From Candidatus Saccharimonadota bacterium (GTDB taxonomy: Bacteria > Pseudomonadota > Gammaproteobacteria > Enterobacterales > Enterobacteriaceae): a DNA stretch of 32,000 bases. The translations under genes and the position numbers were made by a program. Position 1 is the first letter of the stretch, and each line of letters starts with the position of its first letter. Location: positions 570,001 to 602,000 of the forward strand of contig NC_014909.2 of the NCBI RefSeq assembly GCF_000185985.2, given 5' to 3'. The notes beneath the pieces were generated by a model. It was given only the letters and a program-made list of their open reading frames with translations. It was not told the origin of the DNA and made no database searches. Positions 29,889 through 32,000 of the stretch are shown in pieces.

Positions 29889-31358
29889 TTATTTCAACCG
29901 ATAATTTGGAGCCTCTTTTATAATTGTCACATCATGCACATGCCCTTCTCTCATTCCAGAATAACTGACTCGTACAAATTTTGTTTTCGTTCTTAATTCA
30001 TCAATAGTTTCACACCCTGTTAATCCCATGCAAGAACGCAATCCCCCCATCAATTGGTGTATAATCGTTTTCAATTTTCCTTTATAGATAACCCGACCTT
30101 CAATCCCCTCAGGAACTAATTTTCCAACAACATTTTCATCTTGCTGAAAATATCGATCAGATGAACCCCGATGCATAGCCCCTAAAGACCCCATCCCTCG
30201 GTAACTCTTAAATGATCGGCCCTGATAAAACTCTATATCTCCTGGAGATTCTTCTGTTCCTGCTAATAAAGAACCAACCATAACGCAATGTGCTCCAGCT
30301 GCTATCGCTTTAGCTATATCTCCAGAAAATCTAATTCCTCCATCAGCAATAACAGGTATATTAGTATTCTTTAATGCTCTAGATACATTATATATAGCAG
30401 TAATTTGAGGAATTCCCACTCCAGTGACAATCCGTGTTGTACATATAGACCCCGGGCCTATCCCAACCTTCACTGCATTAACTCCAACTTTTTTTAAAGC
30501 TAATGCTCCTTCTGTAGTAACAACATTCCCCCCTATAATAGGTAAATCAGGATACAATTTCCGAATCGTTGAAATATAATTCAATACACTTTCCGAATGT
30601 CCATGAGAAGAATCAATTAATAAAATATCCAAACCAGCTTTAACTAACCCATCAATTCTACTCTTATAATCTGTGTTTATACCTATTGCTGCTCCAACTC
30701 GTAATCGTCCATCCTTATCTTTACATGCATTTGGTTTACGCTCTGATTTTTCAAAATCCTTTGCAGTAATCATTCCTTTTAAATGAAATGAAGAATCCAC
30801 CAATAATATCTTTTCTACTCTTTTCTCGTGCATCTTAGCAAGTACTATTTCTCGATCTTTCTTTTCACATACTGTCACTAATTGAGCTTTAGGAGTCATA
30901 ACATTGGAAACTAAAGTATTTAAATTATCTATAAAACGTACATCTCTACTGGTCACAATACCTACTAATTCATTTTTATTCACTACTACTGGATACCCAG
31001 CAAAACCATTACGACGAGTTCTTTCTTTTACTTCCAATAATGTAGTATTAGGAGAAACGCACTGAGGATTAGTAACTACACCACTTTCATGACGTTTTAC
31101 ACGACTCACTTCGTTAATTTGCTCTATTAAAGACATATTTTTATGTATAAAACCTACTCCACCCTCTTGAGCTATAGCAATAGCTAAATTAGATTCAGTT
31201 ACTGTGTCCATAGCAGCAGATACAATAGGAATATTTAAAAAAACAGAATTTGTTAATCGAGTTTTTAAAATTGCTTCTATAGGCAACACAGAAGATCTCT
31301 CCGGCACAAGAGATACATCATCAAACGTTAATGCTTCCTGAAAAGAAAAACGCAACAT
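29889..31358 (-). CDS. guaB: IMP dehydrogenase
   Basis: 489 aa, highly similar to E. coli GuaB ([57 protein letters not shown]), including the CBS-pair region. Confidence 0.97.
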   Translation of the reverse strand: MLRFSFQEALTFDDVSLVPERSSVLPIEAILKTRLTNSVFLNIPIVSAAMDTVTESNLAIAIAQEGGVGFIHKNMSLIEQINEVSRVKRHESGVVTNPQCVSPNTTLLEVKERTRRNGFAGYPVVVNKNELVGIVTSRDVRFIDNLNTLVSNVMTPKAQLVTVCEKKDREIVLAKMHEKRVEKILLVDSSFHLKGMITAKDFEKSERKPNACKDKDGRLRVGAAIGINTDYKSRIDGLVKAGLDILLIDSSHGHSESVLNYISTIRKLYPDLPIIGGNVVTTEGALALKKVGVNAVKVGIGPGSICTTRIVTGVGIPQITAIYNVSRALKNTNIPVIADGGIRFSGDIAKAIAAGAHCVMVGSLLAGTEESPGDIEFYQGRSFKSYRGMGSLGAMHRGSSDRYFQQDENVVGKLVPEGIEGRVIYKGKLKTIIHQLMGGLRSCMGLTGCETIDELRTKTKFVRVSYSGMREGHVHDVTIIKEAPNYRLK

Positions 31359-31853
31359 TATACAATCTTAATTTTATGTTATTAATAAAATGTTATACAA
31401 AATTATAAAAATAAAATATATAAATATTTTTTATACAAAAACTATTATGCTAAACCCTTGATTATTATAAATATATATATCATCAATGATATAATAAATA
31501 ACAACAGTTTTTCAACTAATATGCAAATTATTAATTTATTGGTTAAAGATCATGTATCTCGCTGCACATATAAACAATAACAATATTACATAATTTCTTT
31601 CGTGTTTCTGTATCTTCTAACCATAAATCACAATATGTTGCAATATCGTTAAATTAATCAATAATCTATTTAAAAACTACTAAACAAAATAATTTATCAT
31701 ATCTTTTATTAAAAGTATTGAATATTTCTATAAAAAAATATAGCATGTTAACAATATCAAATGTTGTTAGTGTTATTAACACATCAGCTTACTGATAAAT
31801 AATTATCACCTGAAATATACTAAAAATTAGTGTAGTAATTTTGACAAGTTTAA

Positions 31854-32000
31854 ATGAACAGTAATACTTTTGATCAAACACCTGTGCAATTAAATAAAAA
31901 AAATGTACTCCCCCCTATTGATGTTGTATTAATTGGAGCCGGCATTATGAGCACAACCTTAGGGATGTTTATAGCAATGCTGGAACCAAACTGGAAAATA
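31854..32000 (+). CDS. mqo: Malate:quinone oxidoreductase, N-terminal 49 codons (runs off the right edge)
   Basis: ATG at 31854. Translation [49 protein letters not shown]. The FAD-binding segment [15 protein letters not shown]....LEPNW matches E. coli Mqo [25 protein letters not shown]. Not in the ORF track because it has no stop. Confidence 0.8.
   Translation, partial: MNSNTFDQTPVQLNKKNVLPPIDVVLIGAGIMSTTLGMFIAMLEPNWKI

Noticed and set aside
31841-31846. Exact TTGACA hexamer just upstream of mqo
   Set aside because: It lies only 7 nt before the ATG, so it cannot act as a -35 element for this gene.
1-32000. Looked for CRISPR-like spaced repeats, IS or transposase ORFs, integrase or phage genes, rRNA, toxin-antitoxin or defence-like gene pairs, and a GC-skew switch (origin or terminus)
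   Set aside because: None seen. All sizeable ORFs are housekeeping or urease genes. Spacers are low-complexity AT-rich DNA without regular repeat periodicity. The C-over-G bias of the plus strand looks uniform across the window.

Overview
This window is very AT-rich gammaproteobacterial DNA of the reduced-endosymbiont type; I did not compute exact GC. Well-conserved housekeeping genes are separated by unusually long ORF-free spacers. The plus strand of the spacers is visibly C-rich and G-poor throughout, with no switch, and most genes lie on the minus strand. Gene order and orientation are collinear with the E. coli K-12 mntH-to-guaB interval: mntH, gltX, tRNA-Val/tRNA-Lys, ligA, cysK, ptsH-ptsI, cysA-W-U-P, tal-tkt, dapE, bamC-dapA, bcp, upp, guaA-guaB. 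Most intervening E. coli genes are absent. Two blocks fall outside that order: a urease cluster (ureD-A-B-C-[E relic]-F-G) between upp and guaA, and the 5' end of mqo at the right edge. Extreme AT bias, Enterobacterales synteny, urease, sulfate uptake and DAP/lysine genes together match what is known for carpenter-ant endosymbionts ('Candidatus Blochmannia'). That assignment is an inference, not verified. I see no mobile element, CRISPR array, defence or toxin system, rRNA, or novel multi-gene system, and I will not claim one. The points worth a second look are gene-decay intermediates not visible in the ORF track. (1) A transaldolase-derived ORF upstream of tkt has lost most catalytic-motif residues and its 3' end, yet stays stop-free for 280 codons. 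(2) A bcp pseudogene carries seven in-frame stops and is still collinear with E. coli Bcp. (3) A 124-aa lipoprotein is a minimal BamC that keeps only the BamD-binding N-terminal segment. (4) A probable ureE relic fills the ureC-ureF spacer. (5) ligA lacks its BRCT domain, with a possible in-frame relic after the stop. (6) A 1.8 kb ORF-free desert contains a perfect 30-bp palindrome. All homology statements come from by-eye alignment against reference sequences recalled from memory and need confirmation by search tools.
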